This document shows, in pieces, positions 34,296-36,395 of a stretch of DNA of 36,395 bases. The notes beneath the pieces are model-generated. The model was not told the origin of the DNA, searched no databases, and saw only the letters and a program-made list of their open reading frames with translations. How positions within the stretch are numbered: the first letter of the stretch is position 1; the number at the start of each line of letters is the position of its first letter. Made by a program: the position numbers and the translations under genes. The stretch spans positions 1 to 36,395 of the forward strand of contig NW_021833124.1 in assembly GCF_006345805.1 (NCBI RefSeq), read 5' to 3'. Source of the stretch: Octopus sinensis. Its lineage: Eukaryota.

Positions 34296-34719
34296 GAAAT
34301 ATTAAAGTTACTAAGTCCTCTCAAAAGGAGATTACGGCAGCGTTACTGGATATTAATAGTTATCGCCATACTAATATGGCAGTCTAAATTAGCTCCAGAG
34401 GCCACCGCCTCTAGCTAGCTATATGACACACAAACCTGCGTCCATTACAACCTTCGAACAGGGGAGGTCAGCCGCTTCACCTTGCTAGTCAGACATCTGC
34501 AGACATGTTTCAGGGTTGTTGCCCTTTATCAATGCAACGTAGTCAGAACAAGCAGGTGTCGCTACTGACCGTCTGTTCGAAGATTTTATTTACCTAGTTA
34601 CAGTGGAATGCATCCACTTGTTTTCAATAATAGAAATATTAAAATTACTAAGTCTCTCTAAAGGAGATTACGGCAGCGTTACTGGATATTAATAGTTATC
34701 GCCATACTAATATGGCAGT
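34291..34719. repeat. ~92-bp direct repeats (337-bp offset) around a structured ~245-bp core
   Basis: TAATAGAAATATTAAA...GCCATACTAATATGGCAGT at 34291-34383 and 34628-34719. Confidence 0.92.
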
Positions 34720-34977
34720 TTATATAAGACTAAAGCTGTCACTGATTAGTTCCAAGATAACTATTAATGATCAGGGCTTGGTATATGAATAACACAGACA
34801 TTAAAAAGGTATTTCAAATACCATACAACGTAAGTTTTTGATTTATTAAGATTATCGCCTTCTCTAAAGACTGTATCAAAATTCCCAGATAGCAATTAAA
34901 AACAGCCTCTTTTTGAGGAGAGGAGATTATCTGAAGAATCAAGAATTCCCCAAGTCTATCTATCTATCTATCTATCT

Positions 34978-35286
34978 AAAAAGAGAGAGAGAGAGCACTT
35001 TGCTCTCATGTGTTTATTTCCTCCCTGCCTGAGATTACCGCGGTCTTTTCCGTAGGCTTTTCTTTCCACGGATAAACCTAATCTTGTTTCTTACTTTTTA
35101 AAAATTTCTTCTGTGATACACGATCCCTTTTGATTGCTTTTTGTTTTTCGATCCCTTTTGATCGGAATTTTACTTTTGTTCCCTTTTTTTTCCTTTTTCT
35201 TTTTCATTTTCGAAAAGAAAAGCTCTACATTTGTATTTGTCCCCTCTGTGTTCAGCCCTGTTTGGCCAATAAAGGAAGTTATACAA
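34978..35286 (+). mobile_element. 5'-truncated or non-autonomous relative of the Tx1 element (3'UTR only), flanked by (TATC)n
   Basis: Shares GGTCTTTTCCGTAGGCTTTTCTTTCCACGG, two CGATCCCT(T/A)TTGAT motifs, AAAAGAAAAGCTCTAC and CAGCCCTG..TGG..AATAAAG with the reverse complement of 18298-18640. (TCTA)n at 34955-34977 and 35287-35355. Confidence 0.88.
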
Positions 35287-35356
<70 letters not shown>

Positions 35357-35759
35357 GTTTGTCTGTCTGTCTGTCTGTCTAATATCATTAACGAATGTGT
35401 GAGAACGATAAAGCATTTATCGCAGTAGGACTGAACCCGGAACCATGTGGTTGTTTAGCAAGCTACTTACCACACAGCCACTCCTGCGCCTATATATATA
35501 TATATTTTTTTTTTAAATTTTCCATATATTTCTAATGAATCGAGTCTTTAATTTTCCTGTAAAATAAAGAATTTTGTGACTAACGCAAACCTAAACATAG
35601 ATTATAGAAGCACACCCTGTATTAATTTGTTTGTACTTTAACGATACATTATTCCCTGTATAAACAGGATGATTTTTCTTACACTCTGGCTATATGTTAC
35701 CATCACATATTTGTTTGTTTTTTCGGCGTTCTCTTGTCTTGCTCTCCATTGCAGATTTA

Positions 35760-36150
35760 TCTATATATATAAAACTGTAGTTGTGTGAGTGTCTGTCCCC
35801 TTCGATTTAGATTCTAACTACTCCCACATTTTGCGATGCAGTTTAACCAAAACCGGGTATCTTATAGTCGTGATTCATATCGAGCCCCCTGGGTATTAGC
35901 GCGCGTCTACGATGAGTCTACGATTTTAAAAATAATTTACCATCATTTTTTTCCATTTTCATGCATATTTTTTTAAAGGGAAGTAACTCTCTAAAAATGT
36001 CTACGATGAGTCAACGATTTTCAAAAAAATTTATCATCATATTTTTTCCATTTTTAATGCATTTTTTGCTATTTTTTGGCTATAACTCTCTAAAAATGCT
36101 GTATAGTTATTTCCCTTACAAACCCGAGCAACGCCGGGCGATACTGCTAG
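35760..36150 (+). mobile_element. Non-autonomous Helitron-like element
   Basis: A|TCTATATATATAAAAC...GTCTGTC 5' end; CCCGAGCAACGCCGGGCGATACTG-CTAG|T 3' end; internal duplication of a TCTACGATGAGTC.ACGATTTT block. Confidence 0.8.
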
Positions 36151-36395
36151 TTACTTCTAAACGTCGAAGCATGTCGTTGCACGCTACTCTCTACATACTC
36201 TCTCTAGATAATCTCTCCCTGTCTCTCACGCTGAAATATCCCATGATTGCATTGTTTACTGTATGAAGTAAACAACGTACAGATTACGGAATAATTTCAG
36301 TTTAGTCACTCTATAACTAACATGTAAAGTCATCTTACACTGTAATATATCCGGCTGAGTTTGAAGTGGCACCAACTTGGGTCAACTTGACATAG

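Overview
Eukaryotic, repeat-saturated, apparently non-coding (intronic or intergenic) window. The SINE repertoire and microsatellite density suggest a cephalopod, probably an octopus; this is an inference, not a database match. No host protein-coding gene can be supported, and nearly all ORFs in the track come from microsatellites. The centrepiece is an apparently full-length ~6.2 kb L1/Tx1-clade non-LTR retrotransposon on the minus strand (18298-24501). It has a zinc-knuckle ORF1 and an APE endonuclease-RT-zinc-finger ORF2 broken by frameshifts, and it sits inside a (GATA)n/(TATC)n microsatellite. A diverged 3'-UTR-only relative at 34978-35286 is also flanked by (TATC)n on both sides, suggesting a TATC-targeting family. 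The last ~50 nt of this LINE are shared with the tail of a young tRNA-derived SINE subfamily (3984-4584, 4841-5074). Other contents: many tRNA-head SINEs with swapped heads and tails (labelled S1, S2, head A/B, tail X/Y here; the labels are mine), two internally triplicated SINEs, hammerhead-ribozyme-bearing mini-elements in (TA)n, an 8-bp-TSD MITE family with internal TTAGGG repeats, an RTE LINE 3' fragment, three Helitron-like elements, a ~16-copy 92-bp tandem array next to a tRNA-Asp relic, and a 337-bp-period direct repeat with a structured core.
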